DNA of 64,000 nucleotides, taken from Monocercomonoides exilis PA203. Its lineage: Eukaryota > Protista > Preaxostyla. Location: the NCBI GenBank assembly GCA_001643675.2, contig LSRY02000043.1, positions 434,001-498,000 on the forward strand, given 5' to 3'. This document shows, in pieces, positions 33,143-46,100 of the stretch (position 1 is its first letter; every line of letters begins with the position of its first letter). A program made the translations under genes and the position numbers. The notes beneath the pieces are model-generated. The model did not search any database. It was not told the DNA's origin and saw nothing but the letters and a program-made list of their open reading frames with translations.

Positions 33143-36100
33143 ATGTCATCTTCGTTGAATATTATCAGATTCTCCTTTGTTAAAGAGTTCATTTGCGATG
33201 AAGAGAAAAGCGTATTTGAGCAAGAGAAGGATTGAGTTTGATGAAAAAGATAATAATCTAACATTTTAGTAAATAAATTCGTTATTAACAAAAAACTTCC
33301 AATGTGCCTCAGACCTTTCCCATAAAAAAAGTGTTATGTATGGAATGTTCTAAAAAGCGTATTTATAACTTTGAGAGATATATCATAATATGTGGATTTA
33401 TTGGCATTCTATGTTTTTGTGTGTTGGATGTTCTGCAATATTTTGAAACAGACGAAGTGCCTTCTATTACAAACACTCACTGCTCGCTTCATCCTGAAAA
33501 TTGCCAGCTTTCCAAATCTTCTCAATATAGTAAATTTTTATGGCTTTGGGTTGATGGAATAAGCTGGAAGTATTCGAAGGAACTTCGAGCAGTTTTTGAG
33601 GATAATTCAAAAACTTTTATAACAAGAACAAATCAAACTCGTATGACTGTTGTTTTGGCAAGAACATGGTTTTCTGGATGTAACAATGGAAAATTGATTC
33701 CATTTCCTTTAAGAGGAGATTCGTTATTTTCTTCTTTTAGACGCTCATGGAATGAGCAACGATTGGTTGGTGAAGGAAATGTTCAATGGATTGATGACCT
33801 TGCTATTCCACCACCTGGATCACAAAATTTTGCAGACATCATTTTTCGTCGAGACGATGACTCTGTTCCTGAGCCAGTGCTGATGGATTACTTTTTCAAA
33901 AATGATCAGACAAAGGACTTATTCAGAGAAAGATTGAGTGATATTCGTTCAAAAAATCAGTCACTATTTCTCTATTCAGATCTTTCGGATCATGTGCATC
34001 ACTCAGATTTTGTAACTTATTCAGATAATTCATTTCCTCGTTATCTTTATTCAATCAAGCATTTTACAAACGATTCACTTATTTTGAAGAAATTTATCGA
34101 AGAGAACCCTGATTATCTGCTAATTCTTTCTACGGATCATGGCGTTGATGAATTTCGTATGTTTCTGTAATTATTATTATTATTTGCCTAATTATTCATG
34201 CATTATCCAAATCCAAACATTTCCCTCCTCCTCCCCCCCCCCCCCAATATATATATATATATATAAATACAACCAAAATATTCATCTGAAAACAACCCCA
34301 GATCCCACCGGAACATTCCTGCTGCACGGAGGCATGGACCCAGAGAACGAAGGCTGGTTCATGTTCTACAACCCCCGCTTCACCAGAGACCACCGAGAGA
34401 TGGATGTGACTGACATTGCAGCTACCGTGGCCAAGTACATCACAAATGCTGACATCCCTGCCTGCTCCATCGGCAAAGCACAGAACGCATATGAAACACT
34501 GCAGGACGAAGTGGCGGTGAGGAAAGAGGCGATCAGGCAGCTGGAAGAGTACTGGCGGGCGCTTCTGAAGAAGAAGAAGGGAAGCAGACTTCCTGAGGTG
34601 GAGGAGTTTTTGAAGATGGACTTGTCATTTGATCTTTCGCAGCAGCAGCAGAACGAGGTTGAAAGAGAGTTTACAGTCAATCAGACAAATTTATGCAATG
34701 AAGCACATTCTCCTTGGATGCAGCCACTTTCACAGTCAGATTATTCAGAAGAACAACATTCACCACCATCACATCCACCATCACATCAACCACATGATCA
34801 ACACGAGACACATGATCCACCTCCTCCACCACCACCTCCACATCAGCCTCCTCTTCCACCTTCGCCATCGCCTTCACCTCCTCATCATCACCCTCCTCCT
34901 TCTCCACCTCCACCCCACACCCACTCCTTTTCTCTCCTCAACGAATCTCTCTCTTCCCTCACAAAACTGTCCCTTGAAGGCAACGCTGCGGCTCAAACAC
35001 AGCTGCGCCTTCTCCACTCGTTTGAAGTGGCTTACAACACCAGCCATGAGCTGCTGCATGATCAGATCTTGTTTCGCCGTGTGCCTTCTTCAAAGAGAAG
35101 GATGGGCACTTGTTTTGTGCTGGCTGTGTTATGTGCTGCGGCAGGGGCAGCGATGGACTTGTGTACAATGGCAGCATTGTGCGAAGGGAGGAGGAGGAAG
35201 AGAATGAGGAAGGGGAAGGGGAAGGGGAAGGAAAAAAGAGAAGGAAGGGGGGAGAGGGAGAAGGAAGATGAAGAAGATTATGTTGTTGTTGTTGATGATG
35301 ATGATTATGAGGATGATTGCAATGCTGTTGAAGAGGAAGAAGGAGGGGTGTTTGTGAGAGGAAAGAGAGAAGAAGGAGAAGAAGGAGAAGAAGGAGAAGA
35401 GAACGAAGAATACAAAGACACTGATGAGCTGCTGAAGCATCTGCCGAAGCAAAACAATGGATTTTACCCAAATTCCGATGAAAATCAATTTTCTAATGAA
35501 ATTTCTGATTTGTCTGATAATACGCTTTCATTAAGACCTCAACCATCACTGCAAACATCTTCACTGTTTCCTCCTCCTTCTGCCTCTTCGTCATCTTCTT
35601 CCATTTCATCATCATCATCATCATCATCATCTTCTTCTTCTTCCTCCTCCTCATCTTCCTTTCATCCCTCTTCTCGTAGCCCCACCTTCACCACACCATC
35701 GCATTCCTTCTCCCTTCGCACTGTGTTATTCGCATATCTCTTCTTCTTCCTCATCCGATGTGGCTTCGCCTCCATCTTCATCAATTTTTATGTCTCTCTC
35801 TTTTCGCAAACTTTGCTTTCCCTCTTCTGCTTCGTGTATCTTGTGCTTATCACAGCTGGAATTGCTATCTTGTTCTTGCTTATCTCCGCTTTTTGCGAAG
35901 CTCGCAATAATTCTCAGGTTTCTCCGGTTTCTTCAGTTTCTTCTATTTCTCCGATTTCTCCGATTTCTCCGATTTCTCCGAAAAAGACGGAGAAATTAGG
36001 AGATTCTGGAAAATCGCATCATTCTTCGTTAGCTTCTTCAACTGCTTCTATATCTCCATCTACAGCCCATGTTCATCCTCTTCCTCTTCCTCCTTATTCC

Positions 36101-37883
36101 TCCTCTTCCTCCTCCTCCTCCTCTTCTTTATTATTATCATCTTCTTCTTCTGATTCAGCCTCGGTGGGTTTAGGTTTTTCATCTCTTTCACAGTCTGTTG
36201 ATTCATCTTCTTTGTTTACTGCTTCTCCTTCATCATCACTTTCTCCTTCTCTTTCTCTTTCTCCATCCTTTTCGCCTTCTTCTTCTCCTTCCTCTTCCTC
36301 TTCCTCTTCTTTTCCTTCATATTCACAGCCACAAACACAAACTCCTTCATCTTCTTCATCTTTGTCATTCCAAACATTAGCTTCATCATCATCTTTTCCT
36401 CCTCCTTCTTCTTCCTCTCTTTCTCCATCTCCTTCTTCTTCCATTTTCACTCCTTCTTCCCTTTCTCTCTCTCCTTCTCCCTCTTCTTCTTCTTCTTCTT
36501 CTGAATCCTCGCCTTTTGTGTATAGCAATGCTATCCTGTCAACAAAGCTGTCTTCATTTTATTCACCTTCCGCATCGCCTTCCAATCTGAGGTTTCACTT
36601 TGACCAAAGTGAAGATAATTCGAATGTGCCATCAGAATTTAAAGGAAATACAACTTTGCCTACAAATTCTTCTGGTTCAGAAGCACCGTTTTTATGTCAC
36701 AAACAAGAGGGACTATATACTTCTTCTTCTCTTTCTCCATCCCCTTCTTCCTCATCCTCCTCGTCTTCTTCTTCATATGCTTCTTCTTCTCCCAATTCCC
36801 CTCCCTCTCACTCTTCCCCTCTTATCCGCTGGAACATCGTTATCTTCCGTCTTCTCTGCTATTTCCTGTGTATTTTTGTGCCTCGGATGTCTGTGACGAC
36901 TCGCCTCAACACAGGCGGACTGACAGGAATATTCGCTTCCTTCAGCATTTTCAAGCTATCTGCCTTGATGACTGCCTTGTATGTGTTTGATTACTTAGTG
37001 ATTCCGTTTGTGATGACGGTGCTTCTGAAGAAGAGGAAGAGGAAGGGCAAATTGTCGTTTTTTAATTGGCTGTATAGAGTCTACATTATCTGCATGTGGG
37101 GTTGCGTATGTATGCTGAAGAATCTATTTTTCTTTTTCTTTTTCTTTTTCTTTTTCTTTTTCTTTTTCTTTTTCTTTTTCTTTTTCTTTTTCTTTTTCTT
37201 TTTCTTTTTCTTTTTCTTTTTCTTTTTCTTTTTCTTTTCTTTTCTTTTCTTTTCTTTTCTTTTCTTTTCTTTTCTTTTCTTTTCTTTTCTTTTCTTTTTC
37301 TTTTCTTTTCTTTTCTTTTCTTTTCTTTTCTTTTCTTTTCTTTTCTTTTCTTTTCTTTTCTTTTCTTTTCTTTTCTTTTCTTTTCTTTTCTTTTCTTTTC
37401 TTTTCTTTTCTTTTCTTTTCTTTTCTTTTCTTTTCTTTTCTTTTCTTTTCTTTTCTTTTCTTTTTTTGAAAGGAAAATAAAATATTTTCATAATTAACAA
37501 AATTATGAGAGTTTAGAAATGTTTTTGCAAAGATTGTTAATAATCTGAACGAAATTTTATTTGAATTATTTGAGATTGTCAATTTTAATAATACCTTTCA
37601 ATTTTTTATTCTTTTTAATTCTTTTTTAACTATTAACTTCTTCTTCCTCTCATTTTATTTTTTGTTTTTATTTTGTTTTTATTTTATTTCTATCAGATTG
37701 CTTTTGTAATCCAAAGATGATAAGACGGCCTCCACATGCGTCGGTGGCTGAAAAAGGTGTTATTTACATCAAAGATTGGTTTGGGATGAATCCTTTTGCG
37801 GTTTGTTGCAAAGAAGAAGAGAGAGAAATTTTTTTCTGAGATGATAAATATCATTTTATTTATTAATTTTTTTGATTATTTGC

Positions 37884-37928
<45 letters not shown>

Positions 37929-39415
37929 TCAAAGAAAGAGTGGAATATTTATTCACAATGAAAATTCAATCTGTATTTAAACTCTTTTCAAACAATTTTT
38001 TTTAACAAAAAATTTTTTTGAGTGCATTTTGAATAAAATAATCTAACATTTAATATTTTGATCTCATCTTTTCATAAATCATTGATATTTTCACTTTATT
38101 GTTTCTTCATCATAATGCAACTACAGTTGATAATACTTGTTGTCTGTTTACCTGTTTTTGTTGGATCATTCCTTTCTGGCATATCATCTGCGGCTGTTGA
38201 GCAATATTACACCCCCACGTCATTTTACAATTTATTTTCTGCAAAGCAATCTTTGCTTGAATCTATTAGTATTTATTTCGGAGTCCCCACGAAAGGGGCA
38301 TATTCGTTTGTATTTATCGAGCTAATCATGTGCATTGGAAGTCCGATCCACGGGGCCATATTTGTTTTGGGGTTGTTTGCAAACAAGTATTTTGCCTTGC
38401 CAGCCATCGTGGATCTGTATCGTTACGAATCGGCCTCTATTCTGAAAGAAAAGAGACCTTGTTATAAAATTAATGCGAACAAAGCAACACATCCTTCTTA
38501 TTCTTTTGCAAAAGAACCGTCTTTGCAGTTTGGAATACAGTCTCGAAGTGAGGGAAAAAACCTTATTCCTCCTGTTCTTTGCTATTTTTCTCTATGTTTG
38601 CTGTATGTTTCAATGATTCATGCTCCATTTGTTTGGCAGCGAATTGTTTGTGATGCAATGAGCTTTGAGGTTTGTAATGATTGATGCATTTAAAAAGTTG
38701 CATTTTGCTTTTCTTGAGTTTGAGCGAAAAAACAATTTGAGTTATAATTGTATATGTATTTGTTAATTTTGATAATTTTAATAAAGTGCGGAAATTATTC
38801 ATAAATATTTTTTTTCTGATTTCTTTTTTAATGTTTTTAACATTTTTTTTAAATGTTTGTTTCTAAATAATTCAGATGAATGTTGCAGAACTTTGGAAAG
38901 GAATGTCCAGCTATGAAGTTTCATACACCTTAAGTGTGATTCAAATGAGCATTCAGAAATTTGGCATCTACATTATGCCTGTGTTCAATGGAATGGCGTT
39001 GTGTGCTTGCCTGCACTCTGCATTCAGTATAAGATGCAATATGATTTATGAAGATGTTAAAAAAGGAGTTATCGTACCGAACAGAAAGAAAGGCACTCGT
39101 TTTTCATTTGGTGGATTTTTTATCAACTTTTTTGGGAGAGAAAAGAATCACTGGGTTGCTCAATTGCAGTTGCTTCTCTTGCCATTTTCTCTGTTCATTC
39201 CAGAAGTATTTTTTGTTCTTGGGACTAGTTTTTATGTTTGGTCAAAGAAAAATATGCACGCTCTTTGGCATCAGAGCCTGACATTCCTGTATGCTTGCAT
39301 TTACTCTGCAATGGCTTTGCTAATGCTTGTCGGATGGTCTATTCAAATGAGGCATCACAAAAAGCATTTTGATGAAAATGACAGTAGTCTGAATATATTC
39401 AATTTCTTGAATTGA
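33143..39415 (+). CDS. GPI ethanolamine-phosphate transferase-like protein (PIG-G/PIG-O group, alkaline phosphatase superfamily), multi-exon, with large low-complexity insertions
   Basis: N-terminal TM followed by motifs WVDGI, TRMT...FSG, GDSL, DLSDHVHH, STDHG, HGG...E and DIAATVA...IPACSIG, then many C-terminal TM segments. Phase-1 intron 34157-34301 joins the ORFs in frame. Later exons are at about 37697-37800, 38128-38670 and 38876-39415. The first exon and start (33143 or 33340) are uncertain. Confidence 0.7.
37126..37467 (+). repeat. Compound (TTTTTC)n/(TTTTC)n polypyrimidine microsatellite, intronic
   Basis: Read directly; it is the source of the poly-F and poly-K pseudo-ORFs. Confidence 0.9.
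37885..37924 (+). repeat. (AG)n microsatellite, intronic
   Basis: Read directly. Confidence 0.9.
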
Positions 39416-40188
39416 TATTTTAATGTTAGTGATTTTCAAAGGAAGAAAATATTGCAAGTATTTGTTCAGAAGTCCTCTGCAAAATCTTTATTGAGCAATT
39501 CTTAAAAGAAAATGATCGAAAATGTGTTTGCTTGTTTGAACAAGTTGGCAGACAATTATTTTAGAATTCAATTTCAAACATGTTTTTGAATTGGCTTATT
39601 TTGATGTTTGCGCTCGAATTTTTTTTTTTAATTGGATTTTGTGAGAATTTTTCATTAATCAAAATTTTTAATTTTTGATTCTAATTCCATTAAAGTGATT
39701 CTCAAAAACTTTTTCAAAGAAGGTTTTTTGAAAAACTTTTCTATCTTGGAATAGTTTATTAATAACTCTCATCAGTTGCATCGCTCAATTCGGTTCATTT
39801 GCTTTTTATTAATAATAAGTATGAATGCTCTAAGACATTTTTATTTCATAGTTTATTTTTGCAGAATTTTTTTTCTGGTCAATATTTTCATTTAATTATT
39901 GAGCTCGAGATGCTAAGGCAAATACTTGCTGAAAATCAAAAAGAGTATAATGAAAGGTTTAAATCTTCAAATGCTTCATAGAAAATAATAATTCAAACTG
40001 GAACAGTGAAAAGAATTTTTGTTATGATCAATCAAAATCCATTGAGGTCTGTTTTCTCGAAAATTTTATTTACCGAAATTTTTTTTAAAATTTTTCTTCA
40101 TTTATTTGCAGTTGAATATAAAAATAATAATAACTATGTTATGATCAAAATAAATGGATGAGGTTATGGTATGGATCATTAAAAAAGC

Positions 40189-43100
40189 ATGAAGATATCT
40201 GTAATTTTATTAGTGAGATTCATTATTGCATGCATTATATCTCGTTCAGAACTGTCCACATCCACTGAAGATGGATTCAGGCATCAAACTAAAGAAGATA
40301 GCACGTTCATTCGTGCTCCATTTTCTGAAATAGAAAAGTTAAGTCTAACTCAACATCTCACGCTTTCAAGACGGAAACAAATGTCGAATGATCAAGATAT
40401 TCAAAAATTATCAAATGAAGAAAAAATGAATTTTCATATGGTTGAATGCTCTGTTGTTTCTAGTGTCAAAGAAATAAATGCTTCTTTGAAGATAGAGAAA
40501 CTGAACTTTATTTCTACTGAGAAAGCGCACACTGCAATCGTAGAGTCTAGTTCATTTCTGGAATTACGAACTGTTAAAACTATTCTCGTCTCAAATGAAT
40601 ACAAGAACATATTTATATGCAATGAGAGCCGTTTGTATTTTAATAATATTTCTGTGATTACATTCGATGCCAGTGGACTTAGAGAGTCACTCGTGACATT
40701 TACATCATCAAAGGATACAATACACCATTCATCAAAATCAACTGTACTGGAAATAAAGAAGAATTGCTCGCTTTCTGTTGAGAATTCAGTTTTTTCATCT
40801 TTTCTGCACTTGAGCGGAAATCCATTTTTGGCTTCTTCTGGCGCAGATAGAGTAATGGTTAACCGATGTATTTTTCAAAATATCTCTTCAGAAGGGAAGA
40901 AAATGCATTGTTCACAACAAGAACTGCAACCTTCACACACATTTCTTTTTAACAGCATGTTTACAAAAGTTGACATTCCGTTTTATGGCGGGATTGTATT
41001 GACTCTTTGCAATGAGCATTCATTAACAGCAGATAATTGTTCATTTCTTTCAGCACAAAACACGAAAAACTTATCTCAGAAAATTTCAAAAAATGGAAGT
41101 TCCAATTGTTTCATTCATTATTGTTTATTTAAAGATCTACGATCTGGAACAAGTGGCGCAGCAGTGCAATATTCTGGATCTGGAATTTTTAATGTGACAG
41201 ATTGTGATGCTGTTAATTGTCTTGGGAATCATTGCGGAGCATTTGGTTCCTGGGGTTCTGCGGAAAGTCATTTGTTGAGATGTACAGCAACAAATTGTTC
41301 TGCTAACGCATTCGGTGGAGGAACTCTGATGAATGGAGGAACTATTTCTAATATTCAAGACAACAACTATACAAATTGTGCAACGGAAACTACGAATGGA
41401 GGAGGATTGCATCATAGAACTGGCCCACCATCGCCAAATGATGTTATCATTAGGTGTTATTGCTTTAATTGCACAAATAAAGGAGGTGGTGGAAATGCTG
41501 GAGGCGGAGGAATGTGGATTGGAGAAACAAATGGTACAAAGATAATTGAATGCTGCTGCTGCCAATGCTTGGCAACAAAAAGCATAGGCGGGGGAATTGG
41601 GCTATCGTATCCTGCTTCTGGGGAGAAAGGTGAACAAAGTCCAATTCTCAGTTTTTGTTTTTTTAAAAACAATAGTGGGATTAATGGAGGAAATGATGTT
41701 AGTGTTGGGAGAGAATGGAAATCAACAATAACAAAAGATTGTTTTACTCAATGTTATTCATCGTCAGAACTTAATCATGTGATCATTTTTGATGGAATTG
41801 CACAAAACGAGTGGATTCCATTTGCTGCTTTCCCAAATATTCATATCAATCAGTCAGGTACAGATAATGATTTGTGTGGAAATCTGACCATTCCATGTGA
41901 AACAATTGTTTATTCATTAAATAAATGGAACAGGTGGGAAAATCAGTTGTTTATTCTATCTCCAAATTCTTTTTCAGCTCAAAACATTCAAGTAGAAGGG
42001 AAAACATATGAATTTGAAGGAAACCTTAACACGTTAAATATGCAAAATACTGTTTTTGAATCGACAACTCAGTCAGGAGGGAGCCTTTTCGAGATTCATT
42101 CAGATAAACTACGTGTGCGTCGTATCGTATTTAAAATCCCACATCCACCATTTTCACCCACTCTGTTTCGAACAAATACGGATGGAGATGCGATCCTAGA
42201 TATTCAAAATATTACAGTTATGCAGCAGTCATCATCACTGGAAAATTCAGTTTTTATTCTGCTGAGTGGTATAGTTATTTGTGAATCAGTTGTAATTGAC
42301 ACTTTGACAACGCAAGACCATTCGATCATAAAAATGGAATCTTCATGCGTATCATTATCTGCCAATGACTCTGTATTTAAAAATACAAATTGCAAGAAAG
42401 GAAATGGAAGCATTATCAATTCAGTGGTTGGAAACTCATCACAAATTCTTTTAACAGGATGTAACTTCTCGAATTGTTCATGTTCTGGTGGAAGTGGCGG
42501 ATGTTGCTTCTTTAGGATGATGCTTGGAGGTCAAGTTACCCTTGGGTTACATGATATGGAAATATCGTCATGTAATGCAGAAGGAACAGAGAATGATCAA
42601 GGATTCGGAGGTGGAGTGTTTATGGACATAAGAGATGGAGTTTGTGATTTCAAGTTTTATGAGATGAAGTTTCAATCTTGCACTGCAACAAAAGGTGGAA
42701 ACAGTGTGTTTGTTGAAGCAAAGAAGATGAGAGACGCGTTAATTAAGGAAAGAATAGATTTTAATTATTGTGGTATGAGTGACAAAGATCTTGAGGGATT
42801 TGAAGATGGATATTATGGTGAAGCTATTCCATTGATTCCGTATTTGCTAACTTTTTCATCTCCTGCATATGTTGGAGGAACGAAAAGTAGAGACTTCACA
42901 GCTTGTGGATTTAATAATTATCCATGTTCAACAATTGAAATGGCAGTGAGACTTAGATTTCCTTCATCAAAAAGGTTTATTTCTCTTTTTGAGGAGTATA
43001 TGTTTTCGAAAGACATAGAATTGAATGACTATAATTGAGATATAAGATGTGATAAAAAATCGACAATTAACTTGTTGCCTTTTGAAGAGTTGAAATGTTC

Positions 43101-46100
43101 CGCATTAATAACATCAAAAATTGATTGTCAACTGACAAATATAATTTTTTCTGTTCCATTGACAAAGTCTGAAAATGTTAACTGCATGATATCTGTTGAG
43201 GCTGGAACTTTCTTGATGAGTTATTGTGGTCTGAAGATGAGAAATGAACAAGAAAGTCTCAACTGTTGCGTATTTACTGTAACTTCGGGGTCAATGAAAA
43301 TGCATGAATTTGAAGCTTCTTCCATAAGAATTGAAGGAAATCCACTTATTTCACTTGAAGGAAATGATACAAGATATGAAGCCGATCGAATGTTACTCAC
43401 AAATGTGTCGACAACAAGTTGCAATGGGATTATTGAAGTTTCTGACAAAGCATCCCTCCGCATTAAAAATTCAATATTCACTTCTCCTTTGGAGGCTGTG
43501 AACAGTTGTGTTCTTTTTTGTGAATCTTCATCTTCAATTGAGCTCGTGAACAATACGTTGAGCAATATTTCAAGGTCAGATTGCAATGGAGGTGCAATAT
43601 GTGTTAGCATAATTGACAGAAGCGTTCTTTGTATTGATGAATGCACATTTTCATTTTGCGCAAGCAATCGTGGAAACGGAGGTGGAATATGTGTTAATCT
43701 ATTGGGGGATTCATCTCTTGAAATAGGTAATTCATCTTCAAATAAAAACAATGGGCAAATGATAAATTGTGAAGCAAGTGAAGATAATCAAGAAGCATTT
43801 GGGCTTGGGGGTGGGATATACCTAGATATAAAAGAAGGTTCTGGACAGTTTTCTTTTGATAAACTATTGTTTGACAGTTGCAATGCAAGACATGGAAGCA
43901 ACGTGTTTGTCTCTGCTCAAAATCTGTCAGAAAAGATAAATAACATGACATTGAAATTTCAGCTGACTACTTTAGGTTTTCATTCTGTAGAAGGCTTTGA
44001 AAATGCAACAACAGGAGATATATTTGCTATTCCTCTTCTTGTGTTTTTGTGGAACAATTTCTCTTTTCCTGTTCATGTTGGTGGAAGCTCAAGTGGAGAT
44101 TTTAGCAAATGTGGACATTATGAGGTTCCGTGCTCAACAATAGAGCATGCAGTATTGTTGAGATGTGGAGAAGAATCTCGGGACATTGAATTACATCACC
44201 CTTTTTCGTTAGATCACGAGCTGAAGTTAGATCGATATCCATGGAAAATATCAATCTCTGATGAAGAGAAAAGGATTTGCGTGATGTGTAACGAAGAAGT
44301 TCGCCAACAAGGAATTATTGAAACCTCAGTAAAAACAACCATGAAAAATCTTCATTTTCAGGTTTCATCAACTTTAGAAAATTATACATCCTTGATTTTA
44401 TGTGTTAAATCTTCACTATCATTGATTGATTGTCGAATTCTTTGTTCAGAGAGAGAAACGAATGTACACAGTTCATTTCTTATTGTTCAAAGCGGTATTT
44501 CTTCACTCGAAAATTTTGTTATTGATGGAATTAATTTTGATGGGGCATCTGGTTTTATAATTGAGAATGAGGGAACATTTTTGATGAATTCATCTTCCAT
44601 TCAAGAATACGCATCAACTGAAAAAGGAATTATTGAATTTTCTTTCGGAAAAGAAATTATCATAGAAGGATGCAATTTTTCTTTCGTGGAAACGAGAAAA
44701 GGTGATGGATCCGTGATAAAATGCTCTGTTGGCGATGAAGCAAGTGCTATTTTTTATTCCATAAATGCAAGTTCTTGTGAAACAGATGAAGGAAATGGAG
44801 GAGTGATTGCTGCTGAGCTACAAGAAGGAAGTACTTTTGCTTGCGGAAGAATTGACACAACAACAAATATTCAGAAATGTGCATCACGAGAAAAGAATTT
44901 GATAGGTGGAAATGGGGGAGGTATTTGGATTTCAATAAATAGCGAGACTTGCACAGTGAAAATGACAAGCATTGAATTTGGCGTTGGAGAAGAGGGAAAT
45001 ATTGCAACAAATAATGGGGAAAATATATTTTTATTAGGAGAGGATTTAACAAAGCTGTCAATAGATCAATGGATAAAATTAAATATTAGTACAAATCCTG
45101 AAGATCATTCAAAATACATTGGAAAAGATAGAAGCAGAATGCAGATTGTACCAATTGTATCATTCATGCATGAGTGGTGCAAGCCTGCATTTGTCGGAGG
45201 GACGGAGGAATTTTATTACCCAACGTGCGGTTTCTATTTTTATCCATGCTCAAGCATACAATATGCAGTTTCTACAAAGTTTGGAAATGAAAGAGCTGAT
45301 CTGACTTTGCTGAAGCAATTTAAATTTAAGGATTGTACAAATTTTGATTCAAAACCCGTATATATTAATGGGGAAAATGAAGGATTAGAAATAGAAGTAA
45401 TGGGTACTATTGAAGGAACAGGAAATGGACTTTTGGAGATTAATATTCCAGTAACTGTATCAGAAATTGGATTTTCTTTGCCATCGCGATTCAACAAGCC
45501 ATCAATAAACACAATTTTTTTGTGTGAAACCTCAACTTTGGTACTAGAAAATAGTTTTGTTTCGGCAAAAGATGAAAATGTGATGTATTGCTTTATTAAA
45601 GTAATGGGAGGAATTTTGACAATCAGAAAATTTGAGATTGGCCCCATTGTGTTTAAGTCAAGCAGTGTAATTGTTTTTGAAGGAGCAGAATCCAACGGAA
45701 ACATGACTGAAATGGATTTTAAAGAGGTTCAGATAATTGAAGGTAACTCCTTGATATGGATGAGAAATGGAATTGTTAATTTAACTAATTGCACAATGCA
45801 AAAGACGATTCAGCAAGATAATAATGGAGTGCGTATCGAAGAAGGCTGTTCTGTTGAAATGGAAAACAGTACTTTTTCGCAAATGAAACGGGATAGAGGA
45901 AATGGAGGAGTTGTGAACTGTGTTGTTGGAAATGGTAAAACAGTTAGAATCGAGAACTGCACATTTTCAAATGGTAGCACAGGTTCTGGAGAAAGAGGGG
46001 GAGGCTTATTTCTTAATATCAAGGAAAGCAGTTCGTTTTTGTTCAACAGAAACGACATTAACTGGTGCTTTACACCCTCTGAAAGTGGATATGGAGGTGG

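Noticed and set aside
33233-33235. In-frame TGA at the end of a putative first exon of the PIG-G-like gene, as evidence for UGA=Trp
   Set aside because: An alternative donor at 33212 (GTATTT) splices in frame to the acceptor at 33312 and removes it, so it is uninformative without RNA-seq.
37081-37582. Poly-Lys/poly-Phe ORFs (also the ER/LS ORFs at 27205-27933 and the K-rich ORFs at 2334-2615 and 9388-9570)
   Set aside because: These are translations of microsatellites or alternative frames of low-complexity sequence.
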